A model generated the notes under the pieces. The model searched no databases, had not been told where the DNA came from, and saw nothing but the letters and a program-made list of their open reading frames with translations. Below are positions 22,135 to 31,837 of a DNA stretch of 64,000 bases, piece after piece (the first letter of the stretch is position 1; each line of letters begins with the position of its first letter). Source of the stretch: an uncultured Gammaproteobacteria bacterium (GTDB taxonomy: Bacteria > Pseudomonadota > Gammaproteobacteria > UBA9214); the NCBI GenBank assembly GCA_963748215.1, contig CAVVHS010000005.1, positions 96,001 to 160,000 on the forward strand. The letters are read 5' to 3'. The position numbers and the translations under genes are program-made.

Positions 22135-23586
22135 ATGTCTGATAACATCATTGACCTGCTGCGCGCGCAGCTGCCGGAGCGCTGCGTGCTGCATCAGGAA
22201 GAGGATCTTCGTCCCTACGAGTGCGATGCCTTGTCCGCCTATCGCCAGCTGCCGCTGGCCGTGGTCATCCCGGAAACGCTGGAGCAGGTGCGAACCACGC
22301 TGGCCCTGTGCAACGCGCACCGGGTTCCGGTGGTCGCACGCGGCGCCGGCACCGGCCTGTCGGGCGGCGCCATGCCGCTCGGCGACGGCATCCTGCTCAG
22401 CATGGCCCGCTTCAACCGCATTCTCGACATCGACACGGCCAACCGTTGCGCGCGCGTGCAGCCCGGCGTGACCAACCTGTCGATCTCGAAGGCCGCCGAA
22501 CCCTGGGGCCTCTACTACGCACCTGACCCGTCGTCGCAGATCGCCTGCTCGATCGGCGGCAACGTGGCGGAAAATGCCGGCGGCGTGCATTGCCTCAAGT
22601 ACGGCCTCACCACGCACAACATCCTTGCGCTGCAGGTCATCACCATCGAAGGCGAGCAACTCGGAATCGGCGGCACGGCGCTGGACAGCCCGGGCTATGA
22701 CCTGCTGGCGCTGATGACCGGGTCGGAAGGCCTGCTCGGTGTGATCACCGAGGTCACTGTCAAGCTGCTGCCCCGGCCGCAGACCGCGCAGGTGGTGCTG
22801 GCGGCGTTCGACACCGTGGAGGCGGCCGCTGCCGCGGTCACCTCGACCATCGCCAGCGGCATCGTGCCGGCCGGACTGGAACTGCTCGACAACCCGGCCA
22901 TCCGGGCCGTGTCACGCTTCATCGACACCGGCTACCCGGCCGACGCCGGCGCTATCCTGTTGTGCGAACTGGACGGCGAACAGGAAGACGTCGCCGCACA
23001 GATCGAGCACGTCAACCGTGTGTTCCGCGATGCCGGCTGCACCTCGCTGGCGGTTTCGCGCGACGAGGCCGAACGGCAGCGCTTCTGGGCCGGGCGCAAG
23101 GCCGCGTTTCCGGCCATGGGCCGGCTGTCGCCCGACTACTACTGCATGGACGGCACCATCCCGCGCAAGCACCTGGCAGAGGTGCTGAACGGCATCGGCG
23201 ACCTGTCGCGCGAATACGGCCTGTCCATCTGCAACGTCTTCCATGCCGGTGACGGCAACCTGCATCCGCTCATCCTGTACGATGCCAACCAGCCGGGCGA
23301 GCTGGAACGCACCGAGGAACTGGGCGGCAAAATCCTCGAACTCTGCGTCGGCGTCGGCGGCACCATCACCGGCGAGCACGGTGTCGGCCTGGAAAAGATC
23401 AACCAGATGTGTGTCCAGTTCAACACGGCCGAACTGCAACAGTTCCATGCCGTGAAGACGGCGTTCGACCCGCATGGTCTGCTCAATCCCGGCAAGGCCA
23501 TCCCCACCCTGCACCGCTGCGCGGAGTTCGGCGCCATGCACGTCCATCACGGTCAGCTGCCGCACCCGGAGCTGGAACGCTTCTAG
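22135..23586 (+). CDS. glcD: Glycolate oxidase subunit GlcD
   Basis: PYECD, RGAGTGLSGG, PDPSSQIACSIGGNVAENAGG, HAGDGNLHP, GEHGVG. Confidence 0.95.
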   Translation: MSDNIIDLLRAQLPERCVLHQEEDLRPYECDALSAYRQLPLAVVIPETLEQVRTTLALCNAHRVPVVARGAGTGLSGGAMPLGDGILLSMARFNRILDIDTANRCARVQPGVTNLSISKAAEPWGLYYAPDPSSQIACSIGGNVAENAGGVHCLKYGLTTHNILALQVITIEGEQLGIGGTALDSPGYDLLALMTGSEGLLGVITEVTVKLLPRPQTAQVVLAAFDTVEAAAAAVTSTIASGIVPAGLELLDNPAIRAVSRFIDTGYPADAGAILLCELDGEQEDVAAQIEHVNRVFRDAGCTSLAVSRDEAERQRFWAGRKAAFPAMGRLSPDYYCMDGTIPRKHLAEVLNGIGDLSREYGLSICNVFHAGDGNLHPLILYDANQPGELERTEELGGKILELCVGVGGTITGEHGVGLEKINQMCVQFNTAELQQFHAVKTAFDPHGLLNPGKAIPTLHRCAEFGAMHVHHGQLPHPELERF

Positions 23587-23597
23587 CGATACACGGC

Positions 23598-24654
23598 ATG
23601 AGCGAGCTTCAATCCATTCAGGACCGGATTAGCGTCGCGGCGGCGAGCCACACGGCACTCGTGATCCAGGGCGGCGGCAGCAAGCCGTTCTACGGGCGCG
23701 CGGTTGCCGGCCAGCCGCTCGCGGTCGGCGGCTATCGCGGCATCATCGACTACACACCGTCGGAGCTGGTGATCTCCGCGCGCGCCGGTACGCCCTTGTC
23801 GGAACTGGAGGCCACGCTCGCGCAACACGGACAGATGCTGGCCTTCGAGCCGCCGCACTTCGGTGCCACCGCCACGCTCGGCGGCACCATCGCCTGCGGC
23901 CTGTCCGGACCACGCCGCCCCTGGACCGGCGCCGCGCGCGATTTCGTGCTGGGGGTGAATTGCGTCAACGGCAAGGGCGAATACCTCGCGGTTCGGCGGC
24001 CAGGTCATGAAAAACGTCGCCGGCTACGACCTGTCGCGCACCCTGACGGGATCGCTCGGCACACTGGCGGTCCTGCTCGACGTGCACCTCAAGGTGCTGC
24101 CGCGACCGGAACAGGACATCACCCTGCTGCAACCATGCACAGCCACGGAGGCCATCGAGCGCTGCAACCGCTGGTCGGCACAGCCGCTGCCACTGAGCGG
24201 CGCCTGCCACTTCGACCACCAGCTGCTGATTCGGCTGTCCGGCAACGCGCGCGGGCTTGCCCCTGCCGTGCGCAGCCTGGGCGGCGAACAGCTCGACGAC
24301 AGCAGCCGCTTCTGGGAGCACCTGCGCGAACAACAGCTGCCGTTCTTCGACACAACACGGCCGCTGTGGCGTGTGTCGGTGGCGCCGGCCACCGCCCCGC
24401 TCGCGCTCGACGGCGAATGGCTCATGGACTGGGGCGGCGCGCAGCGCTGGCTGGCCACCGACCTGCCGGCCGACCAGGTACGCGCGGCCGTACAGGCCGC
24501 CGGCGGTCACGCCACCCTGTGGCGTGGCGGTGCAGCGGATGATGACATCTTTCAGCCGCTGCCGCCGACGCTGCTGGCCCTGCACCGCCGCCTCAAGCAG
24601 ACCTTCGACCCGGCCGGCATCCTCAACCCGGGCCGCCTGTACGCCACGTTGTAG
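23598..24654 (+). pseudogene. glcE: Glycolate oxidase subunit GlcE, split by a +1 frameshift near 23988 (may be a sequencing error)
   Basis: First frame has GGGSKPFYG, LAFEPP, SGPRRPW; second frame has FGGQVMKNVAGYDLSR..FDPAGILNPGR. Confidence 0.85.
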
Positions 24655-24668
24655 GGAGCCACTGTTTC

Positions 24669-25901
24669 ATGCAAACCGCACTATCCAGGGAACTGCTGCA
24701 GACCCGTGCCGGCCAGGAGGCCGACGAAATCCTGCGCAACTGCGTGCACTGCGGTTTCTGCAACGCCACCTGCCCGACCTACCAGCTCACCGGCGACGAA
24801 CTGGACGGCCCGCGCGGGCGCATCTACCTCATCAAGCAGGTGCTGGAGGGCAAACCACCCGGCGAGAAAACGCGCCTGCACCTCGACCGCTGCCTGACCT
24901 GCCGCGCCTGCGAGACCACCTGCCCGTCCGGCGTCGACTATCACCGCCTGCTCGATACCGGGCGTGCACTGACTGCGCAGGCGTTGCCGCGCCCGATACA
25001 TCAGCGCCTGTTGCGCCTGGCGCTGCGCAAGGTGATGACGCAGCCGCTGCTGTTCACGCCGTTGCTGCGCAGCGGACAGTGGCTGCGGCCGCTGTTACCG
25101 GCGGCACTCAGGGCCCGCATACCCGCGAGGCAACCCGGCACCCCTTTTCGATCCGGCACCCCGCACACGCGCAGCATGCTGCTGCTCGATGGCTGCGTGC
25201 AGCCGGCGCTCGCGCCGCAGATCAACCGCGCCGCGAAGGTCGTGTTCAATGCGCTCGGCATCGACCTGGTCACCGCGCGCAATGCCGGCTGCTGCGGCGC
25301 GCTCAGCCACCACCTCGATGCCCACGCCGAGGCGCAGGCCTTCATGCGCCGCAATATCGATGCCTGGTGGCCGCACATCGAGCACGGTGCCGAGGCCATC
25401 GTCATCACCGCCAGCGGCTGTGCACCCATGGTCAAGGACTACGGTCGCCTGCTGGCGGACGAGCCGGCCTACGCCGACAAGGCCGCACGCGTGAGTGCGC
25501 TGGCACGCGACCTCAGCGAGGTGGTCGCCGCCGAACGACCCGAGACCGCGCTCGTGCCGGCGCCGGCGACACGCATCGCCTTTCACTCACCGTGCACCCT
25601 GCAGCACGGCCAGCGCATCACCGGCGTGGTCGAGGGCATGCTTGGCCGGCTCGGCTACACGCTGACCCCGGTCGCGGACGCACACCTGTGTTGCGGTTCG
25701 GCCGGTACCTATTCGATACTTCAGGGCGAACTGGCCACGCAGTTGCGCGACAACAAGCTGGCCGCCCTGCAGCAGGGCAAGCCCGATACCATCGCGACCG
25801 CCAATATCGGCTGTTACCAGCACATGGCCGGACATGCCGGCATACCCGTCGTACACTGGATAGAATTACTGTCAATCCTGCTACCCGAGATCCGCCCATG
25901 A
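24669..25901 (+). CDS. glcF: Glycolate oxidase Fe-S subunit GlcF
   Basis: CVHCGFCNATCP, CLTCRACETTCP, two CCG domains. Confidence 0.95.
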   Translation: MQTALSRELLQTRAGQEADEILRNCVHCGFCNATCPTYQLTGDELDGPRGRIYLIKQVLEGKPPGEKTRLHLDRCLTCRACETTCPSGVDYHRLLDTGRALTAQALPRPIHQRLLRLALRKVMTQPLLFTPLLRSGQWLRPLLPAALRARIPARQPGTPFRSGTPHTRSMLLLDGCVQPALAPQINRAAKVVFNALGIDLVTARNAGCCGALSHHLDAHAEAQAFMRRNIDAWWPHIEHGAEAIVITASGCAPMVKDYGRLLADEPAYADKAARVSALARDLSEVVAAERPETALVPAPATRIAFHSPCTLQHGQRITGVVEGMLGRLGYTLTPVADAHLCCGSAGTYSILQGELATQLRDNKLAALQQGKPDTIATANIGCYQHMAGHAGIPVVHWIELLSILLPEIRP

Positions 25902-26713
25902 ACGCCGCTGAACTGCCGCTGTTGATCGAACCTGAAACCCTCGAAAGTTCAATTGGTAACGAGAATCTCCTGATTGTCGACCTGAGCAAGGCCGACACCT
26001 ACGCCAAACTGCATGCACCGGGCGCCGTTCACCTCGATTACCCGCAGATCATCGCCGCACAGAAGCCGGTAATGGGGCTGCTGCCGGACGATGCGTCGCT
26101 CGAACGCCTGTTCTCCTCCATCGGCATCGACAGCGACACGCATGTCGTCGCCTACGACGATGAGGGTGGCGGGCGCGCCAGCCGCCTGCTCTGGACGCTG
26201 GCCGCGGTCGGACACACGCGCTTCTCGCTGCTCAACGGCGGCCTGCATGCCTGGGCCAACGAGGGATATCCCGTCGATGCGGCACACGTGACGCCGGCGC
26301 CGAAAAGCTTCAAGGCACAACGCGATCCCGCTCCGGTGGCAACGCGCGACTATATCCGCCAGCATCTCGGTGACAGCGCGGTCTGTCTGCTGGATGTGCG
26401 CACGCCCGATGAATACAACGGCGTAAAGCGCTTCGCTGACCGCGCCGGACATATTCCCGGTGCCGTCAACATGGACTGGACGCAGGCCATCGATACCGGG
26501 CGCAACATGCGCTTCAAGCCGGACGCCGACCTCAAGGCCCTGCTGCAGGCGGTCGGCGCGACCCCGGACCGCGAGGTCATCACCTACTGCCAGACCCACC
26601 ACCGCTCGGCGCATACCTGGCTGGTGCTGATGCACCTGGGTTACCCGCATGCGCGGGGTTATCCGGGTTCCTGGTCGGACTGGGGTAACGACCCCGAGTT
26701 GCCGGTGGAGTAG
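25898..26713 (+). CDS. Tandem-domain rhodanese / thiosulfate sulfurtransferase (RhdA-like)
   Basis: H.PGA twice, active-site CQTHHRS, YPGSWSDW; ATGA overlap with glcF. Confidence 0.92.
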   Translation: MNAAELPLLIEPETLESSIGNENLLIVDLSKADTYAKLHAPGAVHLDYPQIIAAQKPVMGLLPDDASLERLFSSIGIDSDTHVVAYDDEGGGRASRLLWTLAAVGHTRFSLLNGGLHAWANEGYPVDAAHVTPAPKSFKAQRDPAPVATRDYIRQHLGDSAVCLLDVRTPDEYNGVKRFADRAGHIPGAVNMDWTQAIDTGRNMRFKPDADLKALLQAVGATPDREVITYCQTHHRSAHTWLVLMHLGYPHARGYPGSWSDWGNDPELPVE

Positions 26714-26724
26714 GCATTGCGCCT

Positions 26725-26787
26725 GTAGGAGCGGATCCCATCCGCGATCATTTGATTCAACCCATCGCGCTGGCGAAGCGCTCCTAC
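26725..26787. repeat. GTAG-type REP doublet
   Basis: GTAGGAGCGGATCCCATCCGCGAT ... ATCGCGCTGGCGAAGCGCTCCTAC; overlaps the orn stop. Confidence 0.8.
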
Positions 26788-27326
26788 TTGAATAAATACT
26801 CGCGGTAATACTTCAACTCGCGGATCGAGTCGCGCGTGTCATCCAGCGCCAGGTGGCTGCTGTCTTTCCTGAAGCCTTTCGCGACATTCGGCGACCAGCG
26901 GAACGCCAGTTCCTTGAGGGTGCTGACGTCGAGGTTGCGGTAATGAAAATAGCGTTCCAGCTCGGGCATGCAGCGCGCCATGAATCGCCGGTCCTGGCAA
27001 ATGCTGTTGCCGCACATGGGCGAGGTGTTGGCCGGCACGTGTTCGGCCAGAAAAGCAATGGTCTGCTGTTCGGCCATGGTCTCGTCGCAGGCACTGGCGC
27101 GCACACGCTCGGTCAGCCCCGACAGGCCATGCTGCCGGGTATTCCATTCGTCCATCGCGTTCATCACCTCGTCCGGCTGGTGAATGGCCAGCACCGGACC
27201 TTCCGCGAGGATGTTCAGCTGACTGTCGGTAACGATGGTTGCAATTTCGATGATCCGGTCACTGTTCGTGTCCAGCCCGGTCATTTCCAGGTCGATCCAG
27301 ATCAGATTGTTCGCATCTTGCGCCAT
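26784..27326 (-). CDS. orn: Oligoribonuclease
   Basis: [40 protein letters not shown]. Confidence 0.97.
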   Translation of the reverse strand: MAQDANNLIWIDLEMTGLDTNSDRIIEIATIVTDSQLNILAEGPVLAIHQPDEVMNAMDEWNTRQHGLSGLTERVRASACDETMAEQQTIAFLAEHVPANTSPMCGNSICQDRRFMARCMPELERYFHYRNLDVSTLKELAFRWSPNVAKGFRKDSSHLALDDTRDSIRELKYYREYLFK

Positions 27327-27410
27327 GCTTCTTCCTTTCGAATATAATGGTTGAGTCGCATTGTAGCAGAGGCTACCCTGCCAACAGGCAACCCGTTTAG
27401 CGCAACCCGC

Positions 27411-28658
27411 ATGAATTCTTTCACCTATCTTTTTCTGGCTGCACTGGCCGTTTCGGTATCGCTGCGGTTCTGGCTGGCCGGCCGGCAACTGGCACATGTC
27501 GGCAAATATCGCGACAAAGTCCCGGAATCCTTCGCCAGCCGCATCCCGCTCGATGACCACCACAAGGCCGCGGACTACACCCGCATCAACACGCGCATCG
27601 GCATGCTTGCCCTGCTCTGGGATTCGCTGATACTGCTGGGCTGGACACTCGGCGGCGGCCTGGACTGGCTCGACGGTGCGTGGCGCGGCGCCACGCTCGC
27701 ACCGGTACTGACCGGCACCGCCGTCATCCTCAGTGCGATGGTGATCGGCTCCCTGCTCGACCTGCCCTTCGACATCTACCACACCTTCGTGGTGGAGGAA
27801 CGTTTCGGCTTCAACCGCTCCTCGCCCGCGCTGTTCGTCACCGACCTGCTCAAGCAGGGCCTGCTGCTGATCGTCATCGGCGCGCCGCTGATCGCGCTGG
27901 CGCTGTGGATCATGCAGGCCTCGGGCGAGCTGTGGTGGCTGTACGTCTGGGCGGTGTGGATGACCTTCACCCTGATCATGTTCTGGGCCTGGCCGGCCGT
28001 GATCGCGCCGCTGTTCAACAAGTTCTCGCCGCTCGAGGACGCCGGCCTGAAACAGCGCATCCAGGCGCTGATGGACAAATGCGGCTTCCGCAGCAAGGGC
28101 ATTTTCGTCATGGACGGCTCGCGTCGCTCCGGACACGGCAACGCCTACTTCACGGGCTTCGGCAACAACAAGCGCATCGTGTTCTTCGATACCCTGCTGG
28201 AATCGCTGGAGCCCGCCGAGATCGAGGCGGTGCTGGCGCATGAGCTCGGTCATTTCCGGCTGAAACACATCCAGAAGCGCCTGCTGTCCACCATGGCGCT
28301 GAGCCTGGCGGCACTGGCGCTGCTCGGCTGGCTGGCGCGGCAGGACTGGTTCTACGCCGGCCTCGGCGTCACCCTGCCCTCGACCTGGATGGCGTTGCTG
28401 CTGTTCATGCTGGTGTTGCCGGTGTTCACCTTCATCCTGCAGCCGCTGCTGTCGTACCTGTCGCGCAAGCATGAGTTCGAGGCCGATGCCTATGCCGTGG
28501 CGCAGTCCAGTGGCAGTGACCTGGCGCAGGCGCTGGTCAAGATGTACCGCGAAAACGCCAGCACGCTGACTCCCGACCCCCTGTATTCCGCCTGGCACTA
28601 TTCGCACCCGCCCGCGCCGGTGCGTATCGAGCGGATATACGCTAATATGAACGCTTAA
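27411..28658 (+). CDS. M48 family STE24 endopeptidase
   Basis: [30 protein letters not shown]. Confidence 0.93.
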   Translation: MNSFTYLFLAALAVSVSLRFWLAGRQLAHVGKYRDKVPESFASRIPLDDHHKAADYTRINTRIGMLALLWDSLILLGWTLGGGLDWLDGAWRGATLAPVLTGTAVILSAMVIGSLLDLPFDIYHTFVVEERFGFNRSSPALFVTDLLKQGLLLIVIGAPLIALALWIMQASGELWWLYVWAVWMTFTLIMFWAWPAVIAPLFNKFSPLEDAGLKQRIQALMDKCGFRSKGIFVMDGSRRSGHGNAYFTGFGNNKRIVFFDTLLESLEPAEIEAVLAHELGHFRLKHIQKRLLSTMALSLAALALLGWLARQDWFYAGLGVTLPSTWMALLLFMLVLPVFTFILQPLLSYLSRKHEFEADAYAVAQSSGSDLAQALVKMYRENASTLTPDPLYSAWHYSHPPAPVRIERIYANMNA

Positions 28659-28676
28659 CCGACGGAGGTATCCGCA

Positions 28677-28958
28677 ATGAAAACCCTATCAAAACTGCTG
28701 GCAGCCGCAATCCTGGCAGGTACAGCAAACCTGGCGATGGCCGCCGACACCGCGCATGGCAAGGTGCTGGCGCAGGAAAACTGCATGAGTTGCCACGGCG
28801 ATGAGGTGTACACACGCAAGGACCGCAAGGTCACCACGATGGCCGGTCTGGATAGCCAGGTCAGGCGCTGCGAACTGAGCCTGGGACTGCAGTGGTTCGA
28901 TGACGATGTCGAGAGCGTGGTCGCGTACCTCAACGACGCCTTCTACAAGTTCAAGTAA
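28677..28958 (+). CDS. Small monoheme cytochrome c (green-heme-protein-like)
   Basis: Signal peptide, CMSCH, downstream QVRRC. Confidence 0.8.
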   Translation: MKTLSKLLAAAILAGTANLAMAADTAHGKVLAQENCMSCHGDEVYTRKDRKVTTMAGLDSQVRRCELSLGLQWFDDDVESVVAYLNDAFYKFK

Positions 28959-28961
28959 TAC

Positions 28962-29312
28962 ATGACCGGCACCCGGCTGTTCGAGCGACACTGCAAGCCC
29001 TGCACCAGGGACACACCGCCGCTGGACAGGCCACAGGCCGAACAACTGCTCGCCGGGCTGCATGCCGACTGGACGCTCGCGTCGGACGGCAGGGAAATCA
29101 GCCGCACCTGCAGCTTCGACAACTATTACCAGACCATGGCGTTCGTCAATGCCCTGGCCTGGGTTGCCCACAGCGAGGACCATCATCCCGAGATCGAGGT
29201 CAGCTACAAGCGTTGCCACGTGCGCTACAGCACGCACATGATCGGCGGCCTGTCCGACAACGATTTCATCTGCGCCGCCCGCATCGACGCGCTGCTGCCG
29301 GCAGCCTCGTAA
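28962..29312 (+). CDS. phhB: Pterin-4a-carbinolamine dehydratase
   Basis: EDHHPE, STH.IGGLS.NDFICAARID. Confidence 0.93.
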   Translation: MTGTRLFERHCKPCTRDTPPLDRPQAEQLLAGLHADWTLASDGREISRTCSFDNYYQTMAFVNALAWVAHSEDHHPEIEVSYKRCHVRYSTHMIGGLSDNDFICAARIDALLPAAS

Positions 29313-29324
29313 TCCACTACGGGT

Positions 29325-30272
29325 ATGTCGTCCCGCCAGCACACCCCGCCACAGCCTGCCACACCCGCCAGCACTGACAGCACCGACGCCCTGCCGCGCA
29401 ACGGCCTGGTAATCGTCAACTACGGCAAGAATCTGCTGGTGGAAGATGCCGCCGGCGAACTGTTTCTGTGTACCTCGCGGCGTGGCATCGGTGCACCGGT
29501 GTGCGGCGACCGCGTCCGCTGGCTGCGCAGCGGCGACAGCGCCGGCGTGGTCGAGGCCATCGACGAGCGCCGCACGCTGCTGGCGCGCGCCGTCGGCAAC
29601 AGCCACAGCAAGCCGCTGGCAGCCAACATCGACCAGGTCATCATCGAGGCCGCGACCGAGCCCTCATTCGACAGTTTCCTGATCGACAAGTACACCATCG
29701 CCGCCGAACTGGCCGGCACCACGCCGCTCATCGTCATCAACAAGTGCGACCTGCTGACCGAAGAGGTGCGCCGCGACATCGATGCCCTGCTGGAGGAATA
29801 CCGCGTCATCGGCTACCGCTGCCTGTTCACCAGCGCCAAGCTGAACACCGGCATCGAGGTCTTCCGCGCAGAGCTCGCGCAACGGACCAGTATCCTGGTC
29901 GGACAGTCCGGCGTGGGCAAGTCCTCGCTGATCAAGCGGCTGCTGCCGGCACTGGACATCACCACCGGCAAACTGTCGGCGGCCTCCGGCCAGGGCAAGC
30001 ACACCACCACTGCCACCACGCTCTATCACCTGCCGGGCGGCGGCAGCCTCATCGATTCACCCGGCGTGCGCGATTTCCATCTCGGCAAGGTCGACCCCGC
30101 CGTGCTCGGCACGGGCTTCCGCGAATTTCACCCGTGGCTCGGACAGTGCCGCTTCCGGGATTGCCTGCACCGCGACGAACCGGGCTGCGCGCTCGAGGTC
30201 GCCCTTGAGCGGGGCGAAATCAGCGCCCGGCGTATGGAGAGCTACCGGCGACTGCTGGAGCTGTATATGTAG
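29325..30272 (+). CDS. rsgA: Small ribosomal subunit biogenesis GTPase RsgA
   Basis: NKCD, GQSGVGKSS, GKHTTT, DSPG, C.FRDC.H.EPGC. Confidence 0.96.
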   Translation: MSSRQHTPPQPATPASTDSTDALPRNGLVIVNYGKNLLVEDAAGELFLCTSRRGIGAPVCGDRVRWLRSGDSAGVVEAIDERRTLLARAVGNSHSKPLAANIDQVIIEAATEPSFDSFLIDKYTIAAELAGTTPLIVINKCDLLTEEVRRDIDALLEEYRVIGYRCLFTSAKLNTGIEVFRAELAQRTSILVGQSGVGKSSLIKRLLPALDITTGKLSAASGQGKHTTTATTLYHLPGGGSLIDSPGVRDFHLGKVDPAVLGTGFREFHPWLGQCRFRDCLHRDEPGCALEVALERGEISARRMESYRRLLELYM

Positions 30273-30312
30273 TGACGTACAAGACCTCGCGCTCTCCGCA
30301 AGATAGTGTTTT

Positions 30313-30657
30313 TCAACCCGGCGGCCACAGCATCGGGCGGCCACCCAGCAGGTGCAGGTGAATGTGATATACCGACTGGCCCGCACCCGGGTTGCAGTTC
30401 ATCACCATGCGGTAACCGGGGTCCGCGATACCCTCGTCGGCAGCCACCTGTTTCGCCGCCAGATACAGCTTACCGACCACGTCCGACGTGGTTTCATCCA
30501 GGTCGTTGGTGGTCGCGATGTGCTGCTTAGGGATCACCAGCACGTGGGTCGGGGCCTGCGGGTTGACATCGCGGAATGCCAGCACCGCATCGTCCTCGAA
30601 CACCACGTCCGGCTTGATCTCGCCGGCCACCATCTTGCAGAACAGACAATCAGACAT
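30313..30657 (-). CDS. hinT: Histidine triad nucleotide-binding protein
   Basis: DCLFCK, HIHLHLLGG. Confidence 0.93.
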   Translation of the reverse strand: MSDCLFCKMVAGEIKPDVVFEDDAVLAFRDVNPQAPTHVLVIPKQHIATTNDLDETTSDVVGKLYLAAKQVAADEGIADPGYRMVMNCNPGAGQSVYHIHLHLLGGRPMLWPPG

Positions 30658-30724
30658 GCTTGCACCTCTTATTGAATTCGATTAGCCACGGAAACACACT
30701 GCGACGTGAGACGTTTCACCGGCC

Positions 30725-31321
30725 CTAGATCTCCTGCCGTCCGGCGAAGGCGTGCGACAGGGTGCCGCTGTCGATGTACTCGAGCTCGCCGCCCATCGGC
30801 ACGCCGTGCGCGATGCGGGTCGTGCGTACCCCGTAGGCGTGTGCCAGCTCGCTGAGGAAATGCGCGGTGGCCTCGCCCTCGACGGTGGGATTGGTGGCCA
30901 GGATCAGCTCCTTTACCCCGCCGCCGGCCAGCCGCGCCTCCAGCATGTCCAGCCCGAGCTGTTCCGGACCGATGCCGTCCAGCGGTGACAGGTGGCCCAG
31001 CAGCACGAAATACAGGCCCTGGTAGCCGGTGGACTGTTCCAGCGCCTGCACGTCGGCCGGCGTCTCCACCACGCACAACAGGCTACGATCGCGCCTGACA
31101 TTGGCACACAGGTTACACACCGGTTCCTCGCTGAGCGTGCGGCACTCGCTGCAGTTACCGACGCGCTCCATCGCCAGGCTCAACGCCTCGGCCAGCCGGC
31201 GGCCGCCATCGCGGTTGTGTTCGAGCAGGTGGAAGGCCATGCGCTGGGCCGATTTCGGCCCCACGCCGGGCAGGCAACGCAGGTTTTCGATCAGTCGCCC
31301 GATCAGGCGCGAGGTCGTCAT
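30725..31321 (-). CDS. recR: Recombination mediator RecR
   Basis: [12 protein letters not shown]4 zinc finger, [12 protein letters not shown]. Confidence 0.97.
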   Translation of the reverse strand: MTTSRLIGRLIENLRCLPGVGPKSAQRMAFHLLEHNRDGGRRLAEALSLAMERVGNCSECRTLSEEPVCNLCANVRRDRSLLCVVETPADVQALEQSTGYQGLYFVLLGHLSPLDGIGPEQLGLDMLEARLAGGGVKELILATNPTVEGEATAHFLSELAHAYGVRTTRIAHGVPMGGELEYIDSGTLSHAFAGRQEI

Positions 31322-31457
31322 GAAGACACTACAAGCCCGAATCTTGCACCCGTGGGCCGCGGGCAGACTGGCAGCCAACCGGGTAAAGCGAGTGATTCGT
31401 TCATGATTCTGCCAATTTTCATAGCACAGTGTGTTATTGGCCCGCGACCTGGCCTGG

Positions 31458-31781
31458 CTAGAACGGCAGTTTCATGCCGGGCGGCAGGTTGAGCCCGGCG
31501 GTCAATCCGGTCATGTGTTCCTTGGTGAGGCTCTCGACGCGGTGCACGGCATCGTTGACGGCCGCGGCCACCAGGTCCTCCAGCATGTCCTTGTCCTCGC
31601 CGACCAGGCTGTCGTCGATGCTGACGCGGCGCACCTCGTGCTTGCCCGTCATGGTGACCTTGACCATCCCGCCGCCGGACTCGCCGGTCACCTCGAGACT
31701 GGCCAGCTCTTCCTGGGCGCGCTGCATGTTGGCCTGCATCTCCTGCGCCTGTTTCATCAGGTTTCCCAATCCGCCTTTCAT
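31458..31781 (-). CDS. ybaB: YbaB/EbfC nucleoid-associated protein
   Basis: [27 protein letters not shown]. Confidence 0.96.
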   Translation of the reverse strand: MKGGLGNLMKQAQEMQANMQRAQEELASLEVTGESGGGMVKVTMTGKHEVRRVSIDDSLVGEDKDMLEDLVAAAVNDAVHRVESLTKEHMTGLTAGLNLPPGMKLPF

Positions 31782-31837
31782 AGCTTCACCTCGACATCAT
31801 GTAGTTAAGAATTGGTCACGGACCGCGCCGTCCGGCG

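Noticed and set aside
24257-26713. 818-aa ORF and other N-terminally extended ORFs (26784-28607, 35730-36827, 49102-50850, 13116-14510)
   Set aside because: The extensions overlap real genes or repeats; true starts are downstream (25898, 27326, 36141, 49486, 14285).
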